DNA of 63,495 nt, the filler included. It is 3 parts of 3 records of this genome, joined end to end, with 100 filler letters (N's around TTAATTAATTAA, not from the genome) between each part and the next. Parts side by side here need not be neighbours in the genome. Positions count along the whole stretch, not along the records: positions 21,234 to 47,867 come from SRR20825006_1518; positions 47,968 to 63,495 come from SRR20825006_1551; 1 more part is not named here. One strand, written 5' to 3'. Every line of letters starts with the position of its first letter. Position 1 is the stretch's first letter. The notes under the pieces were generated by a model. The model saw only the letters and a program-made list of their open reading frames with translations. It was not told the origin of the DNA and ran no database searches. The position numbers and the translations under genes are program-made. Positions 41,115-50,393 of the stretch are shown one piece after another.

Positions 41115-42339
41115 CATTAACCAGCAACGACTCCCCAACCTTCTCCAGAACAACCGCAAAGCCTTGTCCAACGCCTATACATAATGTACAAAGGGCATAT
41201 TTCGCATCTTTTCTTTCATGGAGTTCCACTGTTGCCGTTTGAAGTAACCGTGCGCCTGTCATTCCTAGAGGATGACCAAGAGCAATCGCTCCTCCATTTG
41301 GATTCAATCGTGCGTCGTCATCTTTTAAACCTAAAGTTCTAGTAACGCCTAAAGATTGACCTGCAAAGGCTTCGTTTAGCTCAATAATGTCCATATCGGC
41401 AAGTGTGAGGCCTGCTCGCTGAAGTACTTTTTGGGTTGCTTCTACAGGCCCGAGTCCCATTATACGAGGCTCAATTCCAGAAACAGCTGTCGCTACAATT
41501 CGTGATTTTGGCTTCAATCCGTATTTGTTTACGGCAGTATCTGATGCAATAAGCAAAGCCGCTGCGCCATCGTTTAATCCCGAGGCATTTCCAGCAGTTA
41601 CACTGCCATCTTTTTTGAAAGCAGGACGAAGTTTCGCTAAAATTTCTGCGGTAGTACCAGCGCGAATAAATTCATCATCCTTAAAAATAACAGGATCGCC
41701 TTTACGCTGAGGAATTTCAACAGGGACGATTTCTTTGGCAAGTCGACCAGAATTTTGTGCTGCAGCTGCTTTTTGTTGGCTCCATGCAGCAAATGCGTCT
41801 TGATCTTCGCGCGAAATATTGTGCATTTCTACTACATTTTCTGCCGTAACTCCCATGCCATCAGTTCCAAACATCTCGTGCATTTTAGGATTAACAAAAC
41901 GCCATCCAAAAGTAGAATCGTGCATTTCTGTAGTTCCGGAAAATGGAGAAGAACCTTTACCAAGAACAATCGGTCCACGAGTCATGTGTTCAACTCCTCC
42001 AGTAATAAATAAATCTCCTTCGCCCGCTTTTATAGCATGGAAAGCTCGAGCGGTGGCACTCATACCAGAAGCACAAAGTCGATTCACAGTTTCTCCAGGA
42101 ACCGAAACAGGGAGTCCCGCAAGTAAAGCCGCCATCCGAGCAACATTTCTATTGTCTTCACCTGCTTGATTTGCACATCCAAAAATCACATCCTCAATAG
42201 CCGATAGGTCAATTTCTGGATTTCTTCGTAATAATTCCTTGATTGGAATTGCCGCTAAATCATCAGTTCTAACAGGCGAAAGAGCTCCTTTTAAATTCCC
42301 AATAGGAGTTCTGATTGCGTCAATAATATAAGCGTCCAT
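41107..42339 (-). CDS. paaJ: 3-oxoadipyl-CoA / 3-oxo-5,6-dehydrosuberyl-CoA thiolase
   Basis: Motifs GEDNRNVARMA, NRLCASG, NEAFA, GGAIALGHPLG and LCIGVGQG. Confidence 0.9.
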   Translation of the reverse strand: MDAYIIDAIRTPIGNLKGALSPVRTDDLAAIPIKELLRRNPEIDLSAIEDVIFGCANQAGEDNRNVARMAALLAGLPVSVPGETVNRLCASGMSATARAFHAIKAGEGDLFITGGVEHMTRGPIVLGKGSSPFSGTTEMHDSTFGWRFVNPKMHEMFGTDGMGVTAENVVEMHNISREDQDAFAAWSQQKAAAAQNSGRLAKEIVPVEIPQRKGDPVIFKDDEFIRAGTTAEILAKLRPAFKKDGSVTAGNASGLNDGAAALLIASDTAVNKYGLKPKSRIVATAVSGIEPRIMGLGPVEATQKVLQRAGLTLADMDIIELNEAFAGQSLGVTRTLGLKDDDARLNPNGGAIALGHPLGMTGARLLQTATVELHERKDAKYALCTLCIGVGQGFAVVLEKVGESLLVNGY

Positions 42340-42800
42340 AGTATTTTGTCTTTAGTAGTGAGTATCTAGTAATATGAGAGTAGCATTACTCACTTAATTC
42401 ATCGTATTAGATAAAGAGAATATCATTTTTTGAATTTCATTTATTGAGTCAGATAGGATTGATAGAGAATCAGTGTTCAGAAAGTCTAGGTTTTTAGAAA
42501 TTATAAGTTGGGTTTCAAGTTCTGAGCAAGAGCCGTAAGCATAGTTTAGGAAAAGTTTGAATTCTTTATTTGAGTTCCTTCCTGCACCTTCAGCGATATT
42601 GGAACTAATGGATACAACACTTCTTCTTATTTGAGAAGTTAGTCCGAATTTTTCATCCTTAGGAAAGTTCTTTGTTGCTTCATAAATGTGAGTAGCAAGT
42701 TCAACAGCTTTTTGCCAAACTTTTAACTCTTTAAAATTATGCATCTTTGTACCTCCTTTTAATAAGATTTCTAAATACTAAATACTAATGTCTAAATACT
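42340..42800. repeat. imperfect 30-bp heptamer-built inverted repeat enclosing four-helix-bundle gene 2
   Basis: 42340-42369 matches the reverse complement of 42771-42800 at 24/30 positions. The upstream arm is CTAAATA CTAAATA CTAATGT CTAAATA CT. Confidence 0.8.
42394..42744 (-). CDS. four-helix-bundle protein (23S rRNA IVS protein / TIGR02436 family)
   Basis: Motif FKELKVWQKA...FP.DEKFGLTSQIRRS.VSI.SNIAEGAGR...EF..FL..A.GS..ELETQL. Confidence 0.94.
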   Translation of the reverse strand: MHNFKELKVWQKAVELATHIYEATKNFPKDEKFGLTSQIRRSVVSISSNIAEGAGRNSNKEFKLFLNYAYGSCSELETQLIISKNLDFLNTDSLSILSDSINEIQKMIFSLSNTMN

Positions 42801-43193
42801 CCTATAGACCGTCCCTCTAAATTCTGCTACAAGTTGATCCTCTTGATTGGTGATTTTGACTTTATATACACCAAGAGTTCGTCCATTCTGAATTTCTTCA
42901 GTTTCAGCGGTTAGTGTGTCGCCCACGGAGACTTTTTTGGTGTAATTGATATTGTTTTCGATGGCCACAGATGTAGCCCCTCGAGAGTTGGATGCAAAAG
43001 CGAGAGTACTATCTGCAAAGGCGAAGGTTACTCCTCCATGGCAAACTCCAAAACCATTCGTCATATCGTCACGAACAAGCATTGAAAGTTTAGCATAACC
43101 TGCTTGAATGTCTACAATTTTGACACCCAACCATTTTGAGAATGCGTCTTTCTCAAGCATTTGCTGAATTTCGGTTTTTGGATTTGTACTCAT
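42792..43193 (-). CDS. paaI: phenylacetyl-CoA thioesterase (hotdog fold)
   Basis: Motifs D.FS.WLG, M.NGFGVCHGG..F.FADS..AFASNS and VAEFRGTVY. Confidence 0.92.
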   Translation of the reverse strand: MSTNPKTEIQQMLEKDAFSKWLGVKIVDIQAGYAKLSMLVRDDMTNGFGVCHGGVTFAFADSTLAFASNSRGATSVAIENNINYTKKVSVGDTLTAETEEIQNGRTLGVYKVKITNQEDQLVAEFRGTVYRSI

Positions 43194-43218
43194 TCTTAGA
43201 AATTGACGTTGCTTGGTT

Positions 43219-44397
43219 TTATACTATCTCGTAGAAATTACGTCCTTCTCGAACCATCCGTTTTAACAGCGGATTAGGGCGATATCGTTCTTCACGATAC
43301 TCAACTTGTAATGCGGTCATCATATCGAGCACTTTAGGTAATCCAATTTCATCGGCCCAAGCAAGCAAGCCTTTTGGATAGTTTACTCCATTCTGCATCG
43401 CTAAGTCTACATCTTCTACCGAGCCAATATTCATAAATACAGCATCGCAAGCTTCGTTCATAAGCATAACCAATACTCTGTTTAGGACTTTCATGCCTAA
43501 TTCTTTGTCGGTAGTAGGTGAGGGATTTGTCGAATTTTCGCGATAATCATAAAATCCACGACCCGATTTACGACCAAGCCATCCTGCTTCTACTAATCTT
43601 TTCTGAGTGAAAGAAGGCTTAAATCTTGGATCATAATAAAACTCTTTAAAAACAGAGCTAGTCACTTCGTAGTTAACATCGTGGCCAATTAAATCCATCA
43701 GTTCAAAAGGCCCCATTCTGAATCCGCCAATTTCTTTCATCGCCCAATCTATAGTAGGAACATCTGCTACACCTTCTTCCAAGATACGAAGCGATTCTCC
43801 ATAAAAAGGTCGAGCTACTCTGTTAACGATAAATCCAGGAGTGTCTTTACTGGTAACAATCGTTTTTCCCCAAGATTTTATAAGCTCTTTTGTTTGATTT
43901 GTAACTTCGGGAGCGGTTGCAATGCCAGGAATAATTTCTACCAATTTCATTAGTGGAGCAGGATTGAAAAAATGAACTCCTAAAAAACGGCCTGATTTTT
44001 TTAATGAAGAAGAGATGGATGCAATTGAAAGGGAAGAAGTATTTGATGCAAGTATACAGTCTCGAGATACAATAGCTTCTAGCCGAGCAAAAACGTCTTT
44101 TTTTATGTCTGGATTTTCTACCACGGCTTCAATCACAAAGCCACATTCTCCAAACATGGTGATGTTGTCTACAAACTCGATTCGATTTAAAATATCATCC
44201 ACTTCTTGTTGAGACATTCGGCCTTTTTCAACTTGTCGGGCAAGAATGTTTTCAAGTGCTTTTTTGGCTTTTACAAGTTGTTCAGAGAACGCGTCATAAA
44301 TATATACTTGATGGCCATTTGTAGCTGCTACTTGTGCAATGCCAGTTCCCATTGTTCCGGCGCCAATAACGCCAATGGTTGCCTGTGTATTAGTCAT
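43219..44397 (-). CDS. paaH: 3-hydroxyadipyl-CoA dehydrogenase
   Basis: Motifs GAGTMG.GIA, SNTSSLS, HFFNPAPLM, PGFIVNRV and MGPFEL.D.IG; first gene of the paa operon. Confidence 0.9.
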   Translation of the reverse strand: MTNTQATIGVIGAGTMGTGIAQVAATNGHQVYIYDAFSEQLVKAKKALENILARQVEKGRMSQQEVDDILNRIEFVDNITMFGECGFVIEAVVENPDIKKDVFARLEAIVSRDCILASNTSSLSIASISSSLKKSGRFLGVHFFNPAPLMKLVEIIPGIATAPEVTNQTKELIKSWGKTIVTSKDTPGFIVNRVARPFYGESLRILEEGVADVPTIDWAMKEIGGFRMGPFELMDLIGHDVNYEVTSSVFKEFYYDPRFKPSFTQKRLVEAGWLGRKSGRGFYDYRENSTNPSPTTDKELGMKVLNRVLVMLMNEACDAVFMNIGSVEDVDLAMQNGVNYPKGLLAWADEIGLPKVLDMMTALQVEYREERYRPNPLLKRMVREGRNFYEIV

Positions 44398-44828
44398 AGA
44401 AAATCTTTGTTATAATTATAGAAAATCGCTTCCAAGATAATAATTCTGAGTTGTAATAACGTTTAAAAATAGAAAAAATAGCAAGGAGTATATTTTGAAT
44501 AGTTCAGAAATTAGGATGTCATGGTAGCAAAAAATCATGCAGTAAATTGAGGTTACTTATTATTAAAATAATAAGTGATTAAATATTGAATGAAGAAATA
44601 TTTATTCATAGCATATTGTGTACTAGTCTTCATTCTTTTATTCATGATTCAAAGGGATCTGTTTTAAAACTGAATATTTGCTAAAGAATCAGAGAGGGAT
44701 AATTTAATAAAGATAAGATGGGAATAAGCTACAATTGGAATCATATTATTTACTTCGATTCAACAACGGTTGTTTTTAAGAAGTTTAATACACTAAAATA
44801 ATAATAGTATAATTTTGGACTAGGGATA

Positions 44829-46091
44829 GTGACAAATAAGACAAATCACGTCATAATTATTGGGGCTGGTATTGCAGGTTTAGCAACAGCCTATTATTTA
44901 AATAAAAGTGGAGTATCGGTCACCGTCTGTGACAAAGGTGATGGTAGCGACAACTGTTCTTACGGGAATGCAGGTCTTATTGCCCCTCGGCATATCATAC
45001 CGTTATCATCTCCCGGTGTTATTAGCCAAGGGTTGCGTTGGATGTTCAAGGCAGAAAGTCCCTTTTATATTAAACCACGATTGAACGTAGATTTGGTTAG
45101 TTGGTTATGGAAATTTAGAAATGCTGCTACTGCAAAACATGTAGAGGAGGCTGGCCCTGTACTTAGAGATATGCTTCTTCGAAACCAAGAATTACTTATT
45201 GATTTAGAGAAGTCTGAATCTATGAATTTTGGATTGCAAAGAAATGGACACCTATCTATCTGTGAAACAGAAAAAGGGCTTAAAAGCGAGATTGCAAGCG
45301 CTGAGAAAGCAAAGGCCTTAGGTGTGCCAACGCGGATTCTGTCGGCCAAGGAAGCTCAAGAAATGGAGCCTAATATGCAGCTAGATATCTATGGTGCTGT
45401 CTACTATCCGAACGACGCGCATGTGCATCCTGGGCAATTGATGAGCGAACTAAAAACTCTACTGCTGAAGCAAGGCGTAACGTTCAGTTTTAATACCAAG
45501 GTCGTTGACATCAAAGAAAAACCAGATGGAAGCTTAGATGTTATAAGCTCCGATCGGCAAAAAAAAAGCGGAACACACGTTGTAGTTTGCTCGGGCACCT
45601 GGGCGCCCGATTTGATGAAGAAACTCGATATTAAACTTCCTGTTCAAGCAGGTAAAGGGTATAGCATAACTCTTAAAGCTCCGTCAAAAATTCCAAAGAT
45701 AAACGTTGTGCTAGCGGAGCGTAAAGTAGCGATAACACCAATTAATGGAGATCTGCGATTTGCTGGAACGATGGAAGTTGCAGGGCATGATACCTCTGTA
45801 ACGGCTGCAAAAATAAATGCTCTTAAAAAATCAGTTCTTCCCTACTTTCCTGAATACTCCTTAGAAGATTTAGATAAGCAGTCGGTTTGGGTTGGGCTAC
45901 GTCCTTGTTCCCCTGATGGCTTGCCGTATGTAGGTAAAATAAACTCTCGTAGAAATGTGTATGTTTCCACAGGTCACTCCATGGTTGGGATGAGCCTAAG
46001 CTTTGCTAATGGCGAAACAATCAGCCAATTAATAACGCAGGGCCAAGCTAAACTTTCCCATCCATTGACAGATCCTAATCGCTATATGTGA
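44829..46091 (+). CDS. FAD-dependent D-amino acid dehydrogenase (DadA family)
   Basis: Motifs GAGIAG, SYGNAG, GKGYS, GLRP.SPDGLP and GH..G. Confidence 0.88.
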   Translation: MTNKTNHVIIIGAGIAGLATAYYLNKSGVSVTVCDKGDGSDNCSYGNAGLIAPRHIIPLSSPGVISQGLRWMFKAESPFYIKPRLNVDLVSWLWKFRNAATAKHVEEAGPVLRDMLLRNQELLIDLEKSESMNFGLQRNGHLSICETEKGLKSEIASAEKAKALGVPTRILSAKEAQEMEPNMQLDIYGAVYYPNDAHVHPGQLMSELKTLLLKQGVTFSFNTKVVDIKEKPDGSLDVISSDRQKKSGTHVVVCSGTWAPDLMKKLDIKLPVQAGKGYSITLKAPSKIPKINVVLAERKVAITPINGDLRFAGTMEVAGHDTSVTAAKINALKKSVLPYFPEYSLEDLDKQSVWVGLRPCSPDGLPYVGKINSRRNVYVSTGHSMVGMSLSFANGETISQLITQGQAKLSHPLTDPNRYM

Positions 46092-46132
46092 TATTTCTTT
46101 AACTCAATAAATTCTTTATACCGGAATGCATT

Positions 46133-47683
46133 ATGCCAGAAGCAAAAAAAACATGGTTCTCTTCAGTTTCCAAAAATAACCGAATAAATCTAGCCATTAC
46201 TTTTTTTCTTATTGCCTTGGGTTTAGTCTTTACTGGTCGGTTCCCAGATCAGGGTGGACATTTTGGCTTCTGGTCGATTCTGCCACCGTTGGTTGCAATC
46301 GGGTTAGCATTTTGGACCAAAGAAGTAATCAGTTCTCTATTTGTGGGGATAGCTTTGGGCGGGGTTATTTCTGGTAAACTCAATATCATTCAAGATTTTT
46401 TAATCCCATCGATTGGAACCGAGAGTTTTGCACTTATTTTATTGGTGTATTTGTGGGCGCTGGGCGGACTTATAGGCATTTGGACACGAACAGGTGGGGC
46501 CGAACGGTTTGCAGAATGGGCGGGGGCGAAGATTGTACGTGGACCTAAAAGTGCTAAGTTTTTTACGTGGATGATGGGACTTATTTTTCACCAAGGAGGT
46601 ACCATCAGCACCGTGCTTACTGGCGCTACTGTACGTCCTATCGCTGATAAGCATGGAGTGGCACACGAAGAACTTGCGTATATGGTGGATTCCACAGCCT
46701 CACCAGCGGCTACCATCATTCCATTTAATGTGTGGCCCATTTATATAGCCGGACTTGTTGTCGGTACCATTCCACTTTTTGAAACGAGTCAGGATGGGAT
46801 TAACTTTTTTATTCAAGCATTGCCCTATAATTTTTACGGTATTTTTGCTTTGCTCATCACCCTTTTCTTTGCTTTTGAGTTGCTTCCTTGGATTCCTGGA
46901 AAGAAGATGCGAGAGGCAATTAAGCGAGTAAAAACTACGGGAAGGCTTGATAGAGAGGGCTCCATGCCTATGTCGTCGCGCGAATTGACGGAAATGAAAG
47001 TTCCAGAAGGATATCGTTCGGGCTTAATTGATTTTTTAGGGCCTATTGGAACCCTTTTGGGCGTGGCTATTATTCCGTATTTCGTCACCTTTTATATTAT
47101 GGGGCAAACAGAAAGCCCTATGCTACTCATTGGTGAAGCTTTTGTACTAGCCGTACTAACGAGCGTTTTCATTGCCCTAGCCAAAGGGATGGATTTACAA
47201 ACAGTGATGGATGGTTTTCTAGATGGTTGTAAAGGCGTAACTATTGGAGCTATTATCTTAGCCCTCGCCGTAACACTTAAAGAGGTGGCGCAAGCAGTAG
47301 GAACGGCGGAATATGTTGTAGATCTTGTGGGGAATGCTATATCGCCCGTCGCTTTACCAGCTATTTTAATGGCTATGTGTATGCTGATTGCATTTTCGGC
47401 AGGTACATCGTGGGGCACTTATGCGGTAGTCTTTCCTGTGGCGATGCCATTGGCTTGGGCCATATTGCCAGATCCATTCTTCATCACTATTTGCTTTGGC
47501 GCAGTGGTAGGTGGTGGCGTGTTTGGAGATCAATGTTCGCCTATCTCTGATACCACGATATTATCATCGCTAGCAACGGGGTGCGATCTTATGGATCATG
47601 TGAAAACACAGATTCCTTTGGCGCTTACAGCCGCGGCATTAGGTGGGATATGTTCCACGCTAGCTGTATTCTTTTTTGTGTAG
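46133..47683 (+). CDS. NhaC-family transporter (likely amino acid/Na+ linked)
   Basis: Motifs LAY.VDSTA.P, GTSWGT, GDQCSPISDTTILSS and DHV.TQ.P. Confidence 0.88.
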   Translation: MPEAKKTWFSSVSKNNRINLAITFFLIALGLVFTGRFPDQGGHFGFWSILPPLVAIGLAFWTKEVISSLFVGIALGGVISGKLNIIQDFLIPSIGTESFALILLVYLWALGGLIGIWTRTGGAERFAEWAGAKIVRGPKSAKFFTWMMGLIFHQGGTISTVLTGATVRPIADKHGVAHEELAYMVDSTASPAATIIPFNVWPIYIAGLVVGTIPLFETSQDGINFFIQALPYNFYGIFALLITLFFAFELLPWIPGKKMREAIKRVKTTGRLDREGSMPMSSRELTEMKVPEGYRSGLIDFLGPIGTLLGVAIIPYFVTFYIMGQTESPMLLIGEAFVLAVLTSVFIALAKGMDLQTVMDGFLDGCKGVTIGAIILALAVTLKEVAQAVGTAEYVVDLVGNAISPVALPAILMAMCMLIAFSAGTSWGTYAVVFPVAMPLAWAILPDPFFITICFGAVVGGGVFGDQCSPISDTTILSSLATGCDLMDHVKTQIPLALTAAALGGICSTLAVFFFV

Positions 47684-47732
47684 AGGTAACTACTAGGTTA
47701 TCCCATTTCTAAATCAGGATATTTAAAGGAAC

Positions 47733-47773
47733 AAAAAAAAGGCTAGTTACCGATGTGTGGTAACTAGCCTTTT
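47733..47773. terminator. bidirectional rho-independent terminator
   Basis: A-run-GGCTAGTTACC...GGTAACTAGCC-T-run between convergent genes. Confidence 0.85.
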
Positions 47774-47809
47774 GAATTATGGTTGCCTTTTTTATCTCAT
47801 GAAGAGAGA

Positions 47810-47866
47810 TTATTTCTTCATAATCGGCAACTTAATTTGAGACGGATATTTTGAAGAGTGGTGAAT
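47810..47866 (-). CDS. C-terminal fragment of a truncated gene (CocE/NonD hydrolase-like ending)
   Basis: IHHSSKYPSQIKLPIMKK* converges on the terminator; only 18 aa are visible. Confidence 0.4.
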   Translation of the reverse strand: MHHSSKYPSQIKLPIMKK

Positions 47867-47867
47867 G

Positions 47868-47967
47868 NNNNNNNNNNNNNNNNNNNNNNNNNNNNNNNNN
47901 NNNNNNNNNNNTTAATTAATTAANNNNNNNNNNNNNNNNNNNNNNNNNNNNNNNNNNNNNNNNNNNN
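47868..47967. other. artificial contig spacer (N44-TTAATTAATTAA-N44)
   Basis: Same linker as 21134-21233; abrupt AT-rich to GC-rich switch. Confidence 0.98.
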
Positions 47968-48062
47968 CGCGTTCATCTTTCGCTCGCCTCCAGGATGCCT
48001 TACAAAAATCGTTCATTCGAATTTATCGAAACATCCACAGGAGGCGCTTATTCACTGAAGCT

Positions 48063-48845
48063 TCACGCCCCGGCATCGCTCTCCTGCTCGGCCATCAGGC
48101 GCTGGATCTCGATGGCGTTCACGGCGAGCGTGTCCGCGCGCTCGTTGAGCGGGAGCCCCGAGTGCCCCTTGACCTTGATCAACTCGAGGTCGTCGAACTC
48201 GGCGATCAGCTTCCGCGTCTCGAGGATCAGCTCCTTGTTGGCCTTGATCTTCCAGTTTTGGGTGAGCGCGCCGATCGAGTAGCTCGAGTCGGTGTGCAGA
48301 CGCACCGGGATATCGCGCACCTCGATCGTCTGTAGCGCCACCAAAATCGCGGTCAGCTCGCCGATATTATTGGTGCCCTCGCCGAGGTACTGGCTGACCT
48401 CCTTGTAGTGATTTCCCGCGCGCAGCAGCAACCCGTAGGAGCATGGCCCCGGGTTCCCCTGACAGGCGCCATCGGTGTAGACCTCGATGATGCCTGTCTC
48501 GGGAGGATCGAGCGCGGCGAGCTCCTCGGGAACCTCCGTCGAGATGATCTTCTCGCCGGGGTCCTTGTAGCCATCGAAGGTGACGCTGCTCTTTTTCGAG
48601 GACGCCTTCTTGCTCTTTTTGGAAGAGCTCTTCTTGCCATCACCGCCAGATGAAGAGGACGAGGATGAAGAAGATGGCGCATCTGCGCCGATGTTATTGG
48701 GGTGAACGTTGTAGGTCTGCGCTTCGTCGTCGTTTTTGTAGCGCATCGGGACCATGCCGTTCTCGTCGGTGACGAGGTTGCCCTCTTCATCGACCTCGAT
48801 CCAAACCTTTTGCTTTTTCTTGAAGAATTTTCGCACCCAGGTCAC
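48063..48845 (-). CDS. rnhA: ribonuclease HI with N-terminal extra domain and Ser/Lys-rich linker
   Basis: Motifs YTDGAC.GNPGP, TNN..EL, TDS.Y and KVKGHSG...NERAD.LA. GTG start at 48845 with AGGAG RBS. Confidence 0.9.
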   Translation of the reverse strand: MTWVRKFFKKKQKVWIEVDEEGNLVTDENGMVPMRYKNDDEAQTYNVHPNNIGADAPSSSSSSSSSGGDGKKSSSKKSKKASSKKSSVTFDGYKDPGEKIISTEVPEELAALDPPETGIIEVYTDGACQGNPGPCSYGLLLRAGNHYKEVSQYLGEGTNNIGELTAILVALQTIEVRDIPVRLHTDSSYSIGALTQNWKIKANKELILETRKLIAEFDDLELIKVKGHSGLPLNERADTLAVNAIEIQRLMAEQESDAGA

Positions 48846-49159
48846 GCGTGAGTCTCCTTGTTGCAAGCGGTCGAGCGCGCCGAATGGACACGCCTGGAAT
48901 CGAGCAGCTCTATCATGCAGGCAATCATAAGTCGAACCATGCAAACGGCAAGCGCGTAACTTCAACAGACGATTCAACACATGAAACGTGTCCGCGTCAG
49001 CGTCCATGGAGTGTGACGAGGAGGCGACGAATTGGCGAAATGACTGGTGAATCAATTCTCATCCGCCGTGCATTATGGTAGTGAGAGGCGCGCTCCCAGG
49101 GGAAATCGGGTGAGAGACCCTACCCCGAGGGCGCGAGTTGCAGCATCGAAGGATTCGAG

Positions 49160-50218
49160 ATGACATCACATGATCAACGGTTGGCCGAGCGCAATAATCA
49201 CGGCCTCGTGACCACCACCCACCGCAGACGCAAGATCAACCTGGTGGATAGCGCGATGACCGCCGCGCTTGGAAGAAAGAAGTTTTTTGGCAAGGGTTGG
49301 GGCGATATCGACGCCGTCGAGCTCGTCGAGCAGCGCTTCCACGAGCAACGCACCGAGGTGCCAGACATCCACGTGCGCTGGATCACGCTCCCCTACACAC
49401 ACAATGGCATCACGCGCATGCGCGGCTACTTCGAAAGCCCGGCGAGCGCGTATCTGCCGCTCCCCCCCGAGACGCGCGCCGCCTACTTCGAGCTGTTGCT
49501 CCCTGAGGGCGCGGGCGTGACGCTCAAGCCGCCGGTGTGTTTGCATCTGGCGAGCACCGGCGAACAAGGGATGGCGAGGCGCACGCGCTTTGCCACGCCG
49601 TTGATCGAGCGCGGCGTCGGCGCGTTGATTCTGGAGAACCCATATTACGGCATCCGGCGCCCTCGCGGGCAAAAGGGTGTGAGCCTTCTAACCGTCGCGG
49701 ATCAGTTGATGATGTGCATGGCGACGGTCGAGGAGGCGCGCGCGCTCCTGAAGTGGCTGCGCCGCGATGGCTACAAACACCTTGGCGTGAGCGGCTATAG
49801 CATGGGCGGCTCGATGGCGGCCTATGTCGCCGCGCTCGAAGACGAACCGATCGCCGCCGTTCCGATCTCTGCAGGCGCGTCCTCCTCCTCGATCTTCACC
49901 GGCTCTCCAATGGCGCGTTATACGGATTGGCGCGCGTTGGGTGGCAAGGATAGTCGCGAGCTCTTGCGCGGCGTCCTCGACGCGCTCTCACTCGAGCTGC
50001 TTCCAAAACCTGCTGCGCCGGAGCTCGCCATCCTCGTCTCGGGCACACGCGACAGCGTCGTCGCCCCAGACACCGTGCACGCGCTCGCGAACCACTGGGG
50101 GAGCGAGATCCGCTGGTATGACTCCGGTCATATCGCGGGCTACGTGCTCCGCCGAGAGTTCTTCCACGACGCGATCCTCGACGCGTTCGGCATGTTGATG
50201 GTCCACCAGGAGAAGTGA
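49160..50218 (+). CDS. alpha/beta hydrolase, ABHD18/DUF2048-like
   Basis: Motifs FF.KGWG, LENPYYG.R.P..Q, GYSMGG nucleophile, D..V and GH. Confidence 0.85.
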   Translation: MTSHDQRLAERNNHGLVTTTHRRRKINLVDSAMTAALGRKKFFGKGWGDIDAVELVEQRFHEQRTEVPDIHVRWITLPYTHNGITRMRGYFESPASAYLPLPPETRAAYFELLLPEGAGVTLKPPVCLHLASTGEQGMARRTRFATPLIERGVGALILENPYYGIRRPRGQKGVSLLTVADQLMMCMATVEEARALLKWLRRDGYKHLGVSGYSMGGSMAAYVAALEDEPIAAVPISAGASSSSIFTGSPMARYTDWRALGGKDSRELLRGVLDALSLELLPKPAAPELAILVSGTRDSVVAPDTVHALANHWGSEIRWYDSGHIAGYVLRREFFHDAILDAFGMLMVHQEK

Positions 50219-50393
50219 GCCTCGCGCTCGATACGGCACTCGCCATCGCTCGTTCGCATGGGCGTGATACGCGACCGTTGCGCTCTGTGCGGCGATCGGG
50301 GATAACAGGGCATCGAAACACACGAGGAGTCTTCCTCTCCCCGACATGCCACCGAGCGCGCACCGCGCGTGAGGATCAAGGACAAGGAGCCGT

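Noticed and set aside
40713-42744. Diversity-generating retroelement (Avd-like genes)
   Set aside because: No reverse transcriptase and no TR/VR pair with adenine-specific differences in this contig.
49085-49140. GC hairpin upstream of the alpha/beta hydrolase as a riboswitch
   Set aside because: No known riboswitch consensus recognised; such stems are expected by chance at this GC level.
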